Positions 22,049 to 33,285 of a stretch of DNA of 64,000 nt are shown one piece after another. The stretch's first letter is position 1, and every line of letters begins with the position of its first letter. Under the pieces are notes generated by a model that had not been told where the DNA came from, ran no database searches, and saw only the letters and a program-made list of their open reading frames with translations. The translations under genes and the position numbers were made by a program. The DNA is from an uncultured delta proteobacterium (lineage in GTDB: Bacteria > Desulfobacterota > RBG-13-43-22). The stretch covers positions 1 to 64,000 of the forward strand of contig CAWJJC010000028.1 in NCBI GenBank assembly GCA_963843145.1, given 5' to 3'.

Positions 22049-25000
22049 TTATACATGGTCATTCCGAACGGCGCCTGCCAACAGCCCGGCGGCCTCGGCG
22101 TCTTTTTGCCAATGGTCCAACCCCGAAATTCGGCCCAAGGCCGCCAGGTAGTCCAGGATATGGATGATTTTTTCCCGGCCGGCCCAATAATCCGGGACTT
22201 CCGATTTAAGCCAGTTGAGTCCATCCCGAATCTCCTCGCTCTTGACCACCTGGAACGCGGCAAAGAGAACCTGACGGACCATGGTCTGAGGAAAGCCTTC
22301 CCCGGAAACCATTTTACGGCCAAATTCGGAGGCGGTCTTGAGGCGGGTCTGGTTGGCCTTGTCGGAGTTCAGAAGGTCCGTGTAATCCGTCGTCCCATAT
22401 CCCCGGGCCAGTTCCTGAAAAACCCCGCTGCGATGCTCGCCATGGGATTCCACTTCCAGTCCCTTAAGATAAAACCGTTCCATAGGGGAGAGGCTCTTCC
22501 AGAGGTCTTTTTCGATTCCTCTCGGCACCAGGTGGTCGCAGGCGATCTTGACGGCTTCTCGGATTAATCGGGCGACGGAGTTTTCTTCTCCCGGCCGCCT
22601 GGAACGCATGATTTCTCTGGCCGGGTCGATTTCTTCAATGGGCCTCTCGGTGAGGACCCGCAGGGCCGCCGCATAGGCCGCCAACTGGTAATCGGCATCG
22701 CCGAAATTGGGATCGCTCTCGTCTTCCAGGGCCACCATGGTATCAATCTGCCGCCGCACCTCCTCTTCCATACGACCGACGATTTCGTCAAGAAAGACTG
22801 GATCTTCTTCGATCCTTTTGCGGAGTACGAGCAACACCGTTCCTTGAACATAGTTTCCCTGTTTGAGGGCTGAATCGGTCTCGGTGGCAATACACCAGGC
22901 GGCCGTTACTCGCAACCCGGCAGCCCAGAGGATCATAGCGAGGTCCGCCCAGACCGCGGCATCCTGATGGGTAAACATGACAACTTGAAGGCCGTTGTCC
23001 GGCATATGTTCAACCAGTCGTTTATAGCAGTCGACCATGGATTGCCGAAAAGCTACCGGATCATTTCCCCTTATCGCCAAAGCACGTTTTGAATCAGCGT
23101 ACCATGTTGGAAAAATCTTTAGGATGATTTTTTCATACCAGGCAAGAAAGAATTCAGAGAGTTCGTGGTAGTTAATTGCGTCGGCATAAGGAGGGTCTGT
23201 AATCCAAACATCTAAATATTTTTCTACTTGCTTTCCGTCAATTGTTTTTATTTTTCCCTCACCTGTCAAAGAAATGATAGGGAAACTTAAGACCCATGTT
23301 TTCTCCAGAGCACTTAGGCTTCGAGATCCATAATTGTAAAGGGTATTTAAGGCCTGGTTGCTAAAAGTCTGTTCTGTCTTTTCATTTGCTCCATGTGGAT
23401 GCCATCGACACAACTTCGAATTCCAATCACAATAACGCCCTAAACAAAGTAAAACACTGGCAGAAATGGTTGAGTTTGGTAGAAGGCGATCTATTCTATA
23501 TATCAATAGCCCTGCTATCAACAACTGCCTCGGTGTGAAAAGATGGTGCCAGTAGGTCCAGCCGCGCGTTCGGATTGGCTCATCCGTTTTCGCTCCAGGC
23601 TCAATCCGCCGGCTCGGGATATAGCCCTTGCCCTGCCAGTCAGGAAACCGTTCCTTTAAAAGCGCGAGCACCTTTTCTTCGCGTTTTAAATCGGCTTTGG
23701 ACGGTGCCCGGTAATGCCGGCGCTTCTTCTCCTTCAGTTCCCCGCTTTCCAGCAATAGAGCAAAATTCGGAAGTGCTAGGGCTTGGTCCTTTTTCAGTTC
23801 TTTGACCTCTTGCCCATCGCTTATTTCGTAATAGGTTTCCACCCACCGGATGCAATAAAGCCGCTCCTGGAACACGTCGCCCGGTCGGGGAACCAGATCA
23901 TCGTTTTCCCACATCCTAAGGTTTCGCCGAATAGCTTCAATGGGGTTGAAGGTTTTCCGTCCGGCGGGATCAGGCGCGAGTCTTTGACCGTTCCGCTCTC
24001 ACGGGCCAGACTCCATTTCTTCGTCCGTAACTCCTTCATGGATTTCAATGTCATAACGCCTGTGGGCCGGATCGGGGACCAGTCTGGCAACGGTCCTGGT
24101 CTTCTCTCCAATGACCCAGGACGGTGCCAGGGGAACCATCCAGCCCGACTCAGGGTCCTTCACTTCCACACAGTAGAGGAAGGCATCGGCCCGCCAACCA
24201 TCTTCGTTGTGCTCGATCCCCCAGTCGGTTACCTGGCGGTCCACCGCCTCGAAAATCTCTTTTTGGGCTTTACGGACCTGCTCAGCTACTTTCTTCCCGC
24301 CGCCGACGATGTTCAAGGCCGCCCAGGTCAGGAGGGCCGCCACCGGGCTGAGGTCCGACCCATAGGCATCGCATCCCAACCTGGCCGCCTCAAAAGGCAC
24401 GGAGCCCGCACCGCAGAAGGAATCTCCAACTCGGGGTCGATGACCAAATCGCCTTTGGCCCAGTTCCTGAACCAACTCCGTTAAACTTGAAGCGTCTGTT
24501 CCCAGATGGACATTGATTTCTTCCCAAGCCCCGGGTGAAGGTCCTTCTATCTGTTCGGGCCTGAGGCAGTATTGCAATTTCTCCGAGTACGGCATCCGCT
24601 CAAAAACCATCCTTTGGAGTTCCGCTTTCTCCTCTCTCGACAAGCGACGGTTCAATCGTGGATTTTCAGGGGGTGTCTCCGGATCTAGAAATCGGGATTG
24701 ACCACTCGGGGGCATTTTGCCCAATTCTTCAAGAAGACGGGCTTGTGAAATCGACTTGTTCTTCCGGAGCAGGAGCCCTTCCTCGTCCATGCTCATCAGC
24801 TTCAGAAAGATCTCCCGGTCTCTGACCGGATCATCGGAGGCGGGCAACAAAAGGCCCAGAAGAGTTGCCCGGACCAGCACCAAGGGCTTTCTCCCCCACC
24901 ACTTTCCCAGACCGGTTAAGGTCTGACTATAATTGGCCTTTCGCTCCTTGTAGCTTTCCATGGAAACCTTGCTGACCGGAAACTGGTGCTCCATGAAACA

Positions 25001-25060
25001 CTGGGCGTACTCCAGCGGCTTTTTGGTTGGCGGATCAGCCTTTGATTTCAAACCGGTCAT
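22049..25060 (-). CDS. DUF1156 adenine-specific DNA methyltransferase (frameshifted near 23915-24005)
   Basis: LGKWWGRKPL, DSFCGAGSVPFEA (SAM motif), ITDPPYADAINY (DPPY), VMFTHQ. Confidence 0.9.
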
Positions 25061-25710
25061 TACGATGATCCCTTATCAGCGGAATCGGTCAATGGCCCAT
25101 CGAAAAGGGTCGACTGGTCTGCCCGCCGAAAGAACTCGGGAACGACCGGCTGGTCCGGCGTTCTGGCCGAGACAGGATTTTCCGTGAGGGCGAACCGGAC
25201 GGCCTTCCTCCAGCCTTTCCCGCGATCGTTAACGCCGTGACCGGTCGCAGCGGCGGTCTGGGTATAAAGCCACCAACGTTCTTCCGGATGAAGTCCTTTC
25301 CAGTTGGCCAGGGCAGCCGACATGAGGGCCGGATCCGCGTCCTCGATGGCCCAGGCCAGGAGCACTAACTCTTTGCCAAGTTCCCGACGAATCGGATTAA
25401 CACCCACGTGCCACAGACCCGTCCTCATTCCCAGGTGGCGAAGCCTTTGATTGAATTCCGCCCGCACATCGTCGGCGATAGCGTCCCACTTGGACCTGGC
25501 CAGGTTAACCTTGATCTGGCCGTCGGTGCCGGTTCCGAGAGTCAGGGGACTGGACCCTTTGGCTTCATCCCAGGTAAAGTGCTCACTGATCTGGATCGGC
25601 TGGGTGGAGCCTTTCGGGATGTTTAACAGGAAATGATGACGGCTTTCGGCCGGATCGAAACCGAAGGAGCGCGAAAGGATGTTTTCGTTTGTATTTGCTT
25701 TTTTAGGCAT
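25060..25710 (-). CDS. DUF3780 protein
   Basis: FGFDP, EFNQRL, LGKELVLLAWAIE, PEERWWLY, GWRKA; sits between DUF499 and DUF1156. Confidence 0.9.
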   Translation of the reverse strand: MPKKANTNENILSRSFGFDPAESRHHFLLNIPKGSTQPIQISEHFTWDEAKGSSPLTLGTGTDGQIKVNLARSKWDAIADDVRAEFNQRLRHLGMRTGLWHVGVNPIRRELGKELVLLAWAIEDADPALMSAALANWKGLHPEERWWLYTQTAAATGHGVNDRGKGWRKAVRFALTENPVSARTPDQPVVPEFFRRADQSTLFDGPLTDSADKGSS

Positions 25711-25714
25711 TAAA

Positions 25715-28700
25715 CTACTGCTTGACTTCGCCGGGTTTGATTTCGGTCTTAACAGCGGTTACCAGGTCGAGAAGGTCCTGGCCGGTTTCAAAGAATAGAC
25801 CTTTGCATTCAAGCTTCACCTGGCCTTCAGCTTGAATCTTTCGCAGGGCCTCAAGACCTTCTTCAATCCGGTCCGGGTCAACCTTCTTTTCTTCGAAAGT
25901 AGTCAACTCAATCCATTCCCTCACACCGCCTTCGCCCCCGATGGTCACCGTCAAGCCAATGACTTGGGAATGGTACTTCCTGAGTAAGGCTAAAAACTCG
26001 TAGGTGGCTTTCGTACTCTCCGTCTGCTGCTTTCTTCGCCAGGAGGCCGGAGCAGCCGAGTCCACCTTGACCCCCTCTTCTTCTTCCCAGTTTATGGGCA
26101 TACGCATTATCTCGGACCGAAGGCCTTCTTTTTCGGCGTAGGCAAGAATGAGAGGCGACCCTTTAGGAATGGTGAAGGGACCTTCGTAGGCGGCACCGGC
26201 GACTTGGGGGTCCGAACCGTCAGAGGTATAGCGAATGGGAGCCGGAGGAGCGGCCCGCAATTCCATCTGCTTGTCCCGGTCTTTTTGGTAGATTTTATAT
26301 TTCAAGGTGATCCGGTTGCGCCAGGTGACCGGATCACCCGTTTCGTGGACTCCCCGGGAATCCACCGAAAGGAAGGAGACCTCCAGTTCCTTGGTTCTTA
26401 GAGTCGATCCATCGAGCTTGGCCGAACCTGAGGTTGCCGAAGCCCCTACTTCCCAGTAGACCGTATCTCCGTGAACCGGGGTTATTCGCAGAACGGCTTC
26501 TCCGGTTTCGTCGTTTCGGGACTGCTCCTGGATGAGGATACTGGTTTTGGGCTGAGGGAAGGGGCCTTTATCTACAAAACCGCCTTCTTCCCTCCAGAGA
26601 TCCTGGTGCAGGCATTGTTCCTTGAGGCGGTCCAGGGCATCGGGACGGTGCCATTGCCATTTGGGAAAGGTCGCCGCGCGCCGCTTGATTTCATTCCAAG
26701 GCATGGCCTGTTGGGTGAAGAGACGCTGTTCACATTTTTTTCGAAATGTTTCACCGGCCACGTCATCGGTAAATTTCATTTTTCCGATTAAGAGATCCTG
26801 GACTTGCTGTTCGCCGCTGTACTTGTTCCCCTCGAACTTCATCAGAAAATCGGCGTTGACCAGACCGGATTCAGTGGGATACCAGAGGATAGTGAAGGTT
26901 TCCCGAACCGCGGAATGGAAATTCTGGCGAATGGTATCGTGAAGATTTCCGGCTTGAATCATTTGGGGATCCGAATCAAGGAGTTTCTCGGCTTTGAGTT
27001 CTTCCAGGATATGGTTGATGGCCTTCAGCCTTTTGCCGATATCGATGAGCAGGTCATAATTATTTTTGGTTCCCGTCAAGAAAGAAACCCGGTTTTTCCA
27101 AGTGGCCTGTTCATAAAAGCTCAGGATCTCGGCTCGGAGGCCCGTGCCGGGAAAAGGTTCGGTGATGACTACGGTCACCTTATCCTGCTCGATCTCGATT
27201 TCATCCATGGCCGGGAGGATCTTTACCCGCTGGTAACACCATCCGTTGGTTGGCTTGAAAAGATCCTCGAGACGCTCCCTCAACTCCTTTAGGGCCTGTT
27301 CAAGAATGTAGGTCTTGACCAATGATTCCAGCTTAGCGTTTAAGTTCTGGATATTCTTGAAAAAGAGCTTTCCGTCCCGGGTGCTGTGGAGATACCAGGC
27401 TGCGGTTGAAAATTTCTCAAGCACTTCGTTCTTCAGTCTGGAAAGGTCTCGGCCCGGCTCGCAGAGGTAAGCGATGAGTTCCGGAATCGAAAGACCAAGG
27501 ACAGCATTTTGCACATTGGCCAGGGAGGACACCAGGAGCAGCTTGGCCGTATCTCCGGCGTCCGTATGGCCCAGGTTGGCGTCCATGACTTCGGCCATGG
27601 CCGAACCTTCGGAGGCCACGTCGTGAGCGATGGCGTTATCCAGTGTGCTGTTGATCTGTCCGATCTCGGCCCGGGTTTCCTGATCGTTCAGATCCAGGTC
27701 ATGGGCTGAGATGAGGTAGCGTTGGGAGGCCAGGGCGGTGCTCCAGAGGCGGGCCGATACGATACGCATAAGGCGAATTAATCCGCGCGTCTGCTGAAAA
27801 CCCGGATTTTCCCTGAAGCGCGCGTAAAGATCCCTAATCCCCGGGTGAAAGGGATAAGAGGAGATGATCCTCTGGGCGAAATCTTCGGGGGATTCGCTGG
27901 TAATAGCCATCTGCTTGGCGGCCCGTATGGCCTTGGCATAGCCCTGAGCCACCTCGGAGATTTCCTTTTCCGGGGGAGTCTTTTCAAAAATACGACGCCT
28001 GAGTATATGGTAGAGCTCATCGGAATTGAGCCGAACCGGTTCAAGCGTCATGGCGGTCCGGTGGGTCTCCTTCTCAAAGTCGGACAGGACCGTAGCGATT
28101 TGCGCGCTTCCCTGGTAGTAGGCAGCGGAAAGGTCAGTGATCACCAGACAGACGCGCGCGCAAGCATCCTTGCCGATAGCTATCAAGAGGTTTGAAAGGG
28201 CGGTGGCCGTAACCTTGGCTAGGTTGGAATCTCCTATGGCCTTCGAATGGGCGTTTTCAAAATAGGGTGGCAGCTCGTCGAGCAGCACCAGAACGGTTTC
28301 CCCGGCAAAAAGGTTTTCCCAGGCCTTCTGGCCAGGGGCCTGGAGGGGAGAATAACAGTCTTTGAAATGATTTTTTTTGCCAAGCTGTTCCGCGAGTGTT
28401 CCCCAGAGGCCAAGGGGGGCATCAGACTCCCGCCCCGAAAATCCGATAACTTTCACCGAGGAAAGCTTTTTATCGGCCTTGTAAAAAGCGCCCATAACCC
28501 GGTCACGAAAAGCAGGGTGTTTGGCTAGCAACCCGAGGACCAAGAGGTTATGAGTCTTGCCTCCACCCATGGCCTGCTTGAGCTTAAACACCCCCTGGGC
28601 GCTCTTTCCCTCCATACGCCGGAAAGCCTGCTCCAGGAGGATCTTCATCCCTTCGGTGATATAGTTCTCTTCGAAGAAGGTCTCCGCGTCAATCCGATCC

Positions 28701-28792
28701 TCAATAAGGTCAACGAGATCCAGTACTGTATCGCGTCGCTGGGGGTCAAAGACACTTTCCCGGGGGGTGCAAAGTTCCTTTAAGTGGCGCAT
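25715..28792 (-). CDS. DUF499 ATPase with C-terminal FN3-associated domain
   Basis: LKQAMGGGKTH (Walker A), LLDE, SYPFHP, FQQTRG, RYTSDGSDP. Confidence 0.93.
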   Translation of the reverse strand: MRHLKELCTPRESVFDPQRRDTVLDLVDLIEDRIDAETFFEENYITEGMKILLEQAFRRMEGKSAQGVFKLKQAMGGGKTHNLLVLGLLAKHPAFRDRVMGAFYKADKKLSSVKVIGFSGRESDAPLGLWGTLAEQLGKKNHFKDCYSPLQAPGQKAWENLFAGETVLVLLDELPPYFENAHSKAIGDSNLAKVTATALSNLLIAIGKDACARVCLVITDLSAAYYQGSAQIATVLSDFEKETHRTAMTLEPVRLNSDELYHILRRRIFEKTPPEKEISEVAQGYAKAIRAAKQMAITSESPEDFAQRIISSYPFHPGIRDLYARFRENPGFQQTRGLIRLMRIVSARLWSTALASQRYLISAHDLDLNDQETRAEIGQINSTLDNAIAHDVASEGSAMAEVMDANLGHTDAGDTAKLLLVSSLANVQNAVLGLSIPELIAYLCEPGRDLSRLKNEVLEKFSTAAWYLHSTRDGKLFFKNIQNLNAKLESLVKTYILEQALKELRERLEDLFKPTNGWCYQRVKILPAMDEIEIEQDKVTVVITEPFPGTGLRAEILSFYEQATWKNRVSFLTGTKNNYDLLIDIGKRLKAINHILEELKAEKLLDSDPQMIQAGNLHDTIRQNFHSAVRETFTILWYPTESGLVNADFLMKFEGNKYSGEQQVQDLLIGKMKFTDDVAGETFRKKCEQRLFTQQAMPWNEIKRRAATFPKWQWHRPDALDRLKEQCLHQDLWREEGGFVDKGPFPQPKTSILIQEQSRNDETGEAVLRITPVHGDTVYWEVGASATSGSAKLDGSTLRTKELEVSFLSVDSRGVHETGDPVTWRNRITLKYKIYQKDRDKQMELRAAPPAPIRYTSDGSDPQVAGAAYEGPFTIPKGSPLILAYAEKEGLRSEIMRMPINWEEEEGVKVDSAAPASWRRKQQTESTKATYEFLALLRKYHSQVIGLTVTIGGEGGVREWIELTTFEEKKVDPDRIEEGLEALRKIQAEGQVKLECKGLFFETGQDLLDLVTAVKTEIKPGEVKQ

Positions 28793-28992
28793 GGATTATC
28801 CTTGATCGAAAGTTGTTTAAGGAATGATTTTTTTGAATGCATTGTCTGGTTCAAAGATTTAAGGCTTTGTCAGCGTCTCTATCATAGAATCTTATTGATG
28901 CGGAGATAGATCCTTTCAAGATATGTGTCCAGACGCTTTTCCACCCTGCTATTCACAGTCTGTAACTCCAGCGAATGGCAGGCATAAGCACA

Positions 28993-30693
28993 TCAGATGG
29001 ACCAGGCTTTCAGCGCTACCTTGGCGAGATCAGCCTGTCTCCGGCAAATGGCATCCACATTCCATTCAGTCAAAGCAGCCACCTGGGCAGTCAATTCGTA
29101 GTCATGATCTCTGAAATGCGGTCGTTTTTGTAACCAACCCGCACTTTTCAGGTCGGAATTAGTCTTGTGATGCAGTAGAACCATGTTACCAATACGTTTC
29201 CAGTAGCTATCTGCCTCTTCAGCGGTGAACTGGGGCCAATTACCCTCTGGCTTTCTCGGTAATATATGCTCCAAATTGATGACTTCTTTGTCATCGTTGA
29301 CAATGAACAGGGGACTGGACTCCCCTTTCGCGACCTTCTCAAGTGTCCGCAAATAGTAGCGAGCGAGCGGTCCACTAGAAACAGTTGCAATCTCAAAGGC
29401 TTGGCGGAACCTCTCATCGGAAGGTATAATCTCGTTTAGTTCCTTCTTGATGTCTGATGTATTTGTGATGTCGCCAGTGAACACCCTGTGCGCAGCCTTA
29501 GCCAGAGTCTCTTCTACAGACCCCGATCTGGTACTCGAAGCTATTAGAAGGCGGACACCGAGGGAAATGAGCAGTTCAAAGGCCCGTACCGACTCCTTCG
29601 GCTGGAACTTGTCAGTTATCGATAGCAACAAGGGGCGAAAAGGATGAATGTCAAAGAAGTTGAGGGTTAGAATAGCCGGGCGGATGACGTCAGGATAACC
29701 ACTCCATTTCTCATGGTCACGATAGAAGGTAGCGACGTAAGAAGCAGAGAGGTTTTCTGCCTTCTTGAGAAACGCAACTGCAGACTGCGCCCCCTTCGCA
29801 TTTCGCTGCACTACCTCGTAGACCTCGCCCTTCCTGAGAAAGCCCTGGATGGCCATCAGTGCATGACGAAAGAATGTTACGGTAATATCTTCTTTCTCCT
29901 CTTCTTGAAGGGATTCAAGAGCACCACGCATTGACGACCAAGCGTGCTCCGCCTCTGGCAATCGGTCGCCGGCTTGACTGAAGAGAAAATTCTTAACCAA
30001 GTCGGCTTGTGTTGTTTTAAGTCCACGATCGTTCAAGGTTTCAAACATCTTGTACGCATTACCTCCTGATGGAACCTGCAAGAGGATAACATCGGCACCG
30101 AATTCAACGAAGTTAATCCACTTGTTCAGGATATCGCCGTGAACCTTAACGTCGAAGCCCGCCACGATTGTCTGAATGTATTGGGATATTCCCTTGAACG
30201 CTGCAGTGATCAACTTGTGTGATTTGATTGTTGGCGCAATAAGGGTTGTATGCTGTTCGTCGGAGAGCATGGTACCGAAGAAATCGTTATCAGAGTTATT
30301 CAATCTAAAACGAGGAACAATGGCTCGTTGGTTTCGGTCGGTATGGTACAGGAAGGACTTGACATCCTCTGCAATGATTGCATCTTTCCCTGATAGATAA
30401 CGGCGAATCTGGCATAACAAAATGGTAATCGTGGCAAGACGCTGTTGCCCATCAATTACCTCCAACCTCCCGGAAGAACCGGGGATTGTGACGATTGTAC
30501 CCAGAAAATACACCGACTCGTTGTCGGAGATAGCCTTCGCCAAGTCCTGAAGGAGTGTTTTGACCTCGAGGTCGGTCCATGAGTAGTCCCTCTGGTGGGA
30601 CGGCACGGTCAGCGTGAAGTCTTTGAGGAGCTTACCTATACCAACCTGATCGACTTTGATTGGCGGTTTTTGGGTTCTCATCTGAACCTCCAT
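28993..30693 (-). CDS. DUF262/DUF1524 GmrSD-like type IV restriction protein
   Basis: VPSHQRDYSW, VIDGQQRLAT, FETLNDRG, and HNH-like LEHILP...IGNMVLL...N. Confidence 0.92.
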   Translation of the reverse strand: MEVQMRTQKPPIKVDQVGIGKLLKDFTLTVPSHQRDYSWTDLEVKTLLQDLAKAISDNESVYFLGTIVTIPGSSGRLEVIDGQQRLATITILLCQIRRYLSGKDAIIAEDVKSFLYHTDRNQRAIVPRFRLNNSDNDFFGTMLSDEQHTTLIAPTIKSHKLITAAFKGISQYIQTIVAGFDVKVHGDILNKWINFVEFGADVILLQVPSGGNAYKMFETLNDRGLKTTQADLVKNFLFSQAGDRLPEAEHAWSSMRGALESLQEEEKEDITVTFFRHALMAIQGFLRKGEVYEVVQRNAKGAQSAVAFLKKAENLSASYVATFYRDHEKWSGYPDVIRPAILTLNFFDIHPFRPLLLSITDKFQPKESVRAFELLISLGVRLLIASSTRSGSVEETLAKAAHRVFTGDITNTSDIKKELNEIIPSDERFRQAFEIATVSSGPLARYYLRTLEKVAKGESSPLFIVNDDKEVINLEHILPRKPEGNWPQFTAEEADSYWKRIGNMVLLHHKTNSDLKSAGWLQKRPHFRDHDYELTAQVAALTEWNVDAICRRQADLAKVALKAWSI

Positions 30694-30975
30694 AAAATAG
30701 CATGAGGGGGTCGGTCCATCTTATTCTCTCAAGGCGAATGCGACGTTGCCCCGTGGCACGAGCTTGCTGAGCCGAAGGCCAAGGAGTTACATTGATTTAG
30801 GATGGGCTAGTTGGCAACGCTGTGGCGGCCAGGCACAGACAAAGGCAACATCGCATTTGCGATGAAACGGCGTTACCAACGCGGAGGATCATTCTGAGGC
30901 CGCTTCCTGACCGATTCGGTGCATCCAATAGCTTTGCGCGTTATCATTTTGCCCATATGTTCTCATGCCAGGTCA

Positions 30976-31977
30976 TCACGTTGCCTTCTTCCAAACGAAA
31001 CACCCCTTAGTGTGGCTGCCAATATACGAGAACTCACGGGAGAAACTCTGTCCACATGCCCATGAAGCCAGGTCTAGACTGGCAAACAGGGTATTCGAGA
31101 GGCGGTATTGATCGCTGTTGAAAACTACGATCCCTTCTCCAAAGATATCGGTGGCCTCTCTGGCGTCGATGACAAACCCGTGGTCCTTGTACGAGTAAAC
31201 GAGACGGTGAGCTATAGCCTGGTTATCGCAGTCTTCAGGTATGCTTGCCCTTGCTCGCAGAAGCCGCTCTGCATACTGAAGTGCCGACTCAGCAACTCTT
31301 TCGAAATAACCGAGGGCCTCTATCCGCAGCGATTTGGTGAGATAGTCACTGAACATTCCGCTTGCAGCTGGATAAGTGCCAGTGAGTTGAGCTATATGCT
31401 CGATGGAGTGCTTGAGTGCGAGTGCTGGAATACCACCAAATTGGGGGTCTATGGGGCCGAGTTCGCTCAGGCTCCCCATATGAATTTTGTCTGCCCCACA
31501 ACAAATGAGAGTGGCTGCCGACTTTGCTCGTCTGGGGACCGCTATTTCAAACGTCTTCTTGGTATGCTCGCGGCATAGCTTCGCGATAAGATAAGTGGCT
31601 GAGACATCGCCACCTGTGGAGTTCAGGACTAACAGAATAGATTTGCTTGGATCAGAGTTCGTCAGAGCAGAGTAAATACGGTCGGCGGCGTACCGTGCCA
31701 AGGGATGGTCATCGTAAAGAAGAAGGACGGTGTAATCTGCATGAAGACCACTTTCCCCAACCTCAAAATTCACTTGACGATTAACTATATCATTGATCTG
31801 CTCATCGGATGCTATCGCGGACTCTAAACTGAAAAGCTCCATGAGCGGCGGCGCGGACCTGTCGGGAGACGGGGATGACCTTTGACCATCTGCCTCGGTC
31901 TGGTCAACTGAGTAACTTGGGCTTGAATAAGCCTGACTTTGATTCAGTCTCGCTTTCTCTGCCTTTGCATGAGGCAT
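30976..31977 (-). CDS. SDH-family Clp-fold serine protease
   Basis: LNSTGG, VPRRAKSAATLICCGADKIHMG..SELGPIDPQ, HGFVI. Confidence 0.85.
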   Translation of the reverse strand: MPHAKAEKARLNQSQAYSSPSYSVDQTEADGQRSSPSPDRSAPPLMELFSLESAIASDEQINDIVNRQVNFEVGESGLHADYTVLLLYDDHPLARYAADRIYSALTNSDPSKSILLVLNSTGGDVSATYLIAKLCREHTKKTFEIAVPRRAKSAATLICCGADKIHMGSLSELGPIDPQFGGIPALALKHSIEHIAQLTGTYPAASGMFSDYLTKSLRIEALGYFERVAESALQYAERLLRARASIPEDCDNQAIAHRLVYSYKDHGFVIDAREATDIFGEGIVVFNSDQYRLSNTLFASLDLASWACGQSFSREFSYIGSHTKGCFVWKKAT

Positions 31978-32144
31978 AGTTTACTCCTTGAAAAGCCCAT
32001 TTTGCGCCAACTCCGCCAACCCAACCTAATCAGAGATCCAGGCAAAAATAATTTTACGTAGTCAGACCAGATTCTTGCTCCTTAAATCAAGATATCTTAC
32101 TTATATTATTCAAAATGTCAACTATTCACTTGACTTCAAGGCTT

Positions 32145-32351
32145 TTATCTTCCCTTGAACTGCGGCGGCCTCTTTTCCATCCGGGCGCTCAGGGCCTCGA
32201 AAAAATCCTCACTGCCGAAGGCCTGGTTCAATCCCAGGTTTTCTTGATCCAGGGCCGCGGCAATCTCCGTGATCAGGGGTTGGTGAAAGGCCTGCTTGGC
32301 CAGGCGCAGGGCCAGGGCGGCCCCCTGGGGCGGGACCAGTTGCCGGGCCAT
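32145..32351 (-). pseudogene. C-terminal remnant of an enoyl-CoA hydratase/isomerase
   Basis: ALRLAKQA...SEDFFEALSARMEKRPPQFKGR is a crotonase C-terminus; the N-terminal part is missing. Confidence 0.75.
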
Positions 32352-32358
32352 CCCTATA

Positions 32359-33285
32359 CTATTGACCGCCTATTTCCCATGGACCGCCGGGCTTCCAAAC
32401 AGAATTCGAGATTTCGTTTCGGGAGGCGGATTGGAATACAGGCTCCAGAAATTTAGCCAACGTTTCCAAGACGGTTTCCAGATCTTCCGGTATTGAGGAT
32501 AGGTGATTCTTCCGCAGGAAGCCTGCCCATTGGGTACGCTTGTCAGGTAATTGAGCGAAAGCCGGCGTCAGCGCCGTCGGAAGACCATCCGGAATCGCGG
32601 TCCGTCGGCGCTCAAAGGTTGCCCGGATCGCCGCCACCAGCATTGCAATAGCGAAGGATTTCCGCTGGGCGAGCATATATACGTCAAGGAAGTCGCGCAT
32701 ACGACTGTTATTCGTTCCGAGCTGGACCATGGCCTGGGTCTTTTCGGCGATCACTGTCTCGGGACGGTACGCAAGCAAGCGCGGGCGCGGCAGGTCCAAA
32801 AGGCTGGGATAATCAAGCCACTCGGGCTCGGGAATTGAGGCGTCCCCCAAGCCGACATCCACCTGCAGGCGTATGCGCGCTGATCCTAAGCGGGCCAGAA
32901 GGGTTACCCTTCTTCCGCCATAGAAATCCTCGGGGCGAATGGCGGACACTCGAATCGTGGAGGCTTCGAAGGTTATTCCATCGGGTTCTACCTCGATGGC
33001 ACAGGTTTCTTCGAAAATCTTTGTCAGAGCGTTGTCCGAAAGATCTCCCAAGGCGAGGAGGTCCGCATCCCGGGTAGGCCGGAAGGTCTCTCCCAGCCAG
33101 ACGAGCAAGAGCAGCGCCCCTTTCAATATGAAACGTTTAGAGTGGCGGGATCGGGATAGTCGGTATAGAAATCGCTCAATGGCAAAGCGGGTCAGCACGA
33201 AATTCGAATCCTGGCCCAAGGACTGAGCATGGCGAATCAAACGGACATGCACGGAATGCGGTAAGCCGCTGGCGGCAACACTCAT
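32359..33285 (-). CDS. abiEii: AbiEii/AbiGii nucleotidyltransferase toxin
   Basis: ERFLYRL, FILKGA, RPTRDADL, ETVIAEK, NSRMRDFLD. Confidence 0.9.
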   Translation of the reverse strand: MSVAASGLPHSVHVRLIRHAQSLGQDSNFVLTRFAIERFLYRLSRSRHSKRFILKGALLLLVWLGETFRPTRDADLLALGDLSDNALTKIFEETCAIEVEPDGITFEASTIRVSAIRPEDFYGGRRVTLLARLGSARIRLQVDVGLGDASIPEPEWLDYPSLLDLPRPRLLAYRPETVIAEKTQAMVQLGTNNSRMRDFLDVYMLAQRKSFAIAMLVAAIRATFERRRTAIPDGLPTALTPAFAQLPDKRTQWAGFLRKNHLSSIPEDLETVLETLAKFLEPVFQSASRNEISNSVWKPGGPWEIGGQ

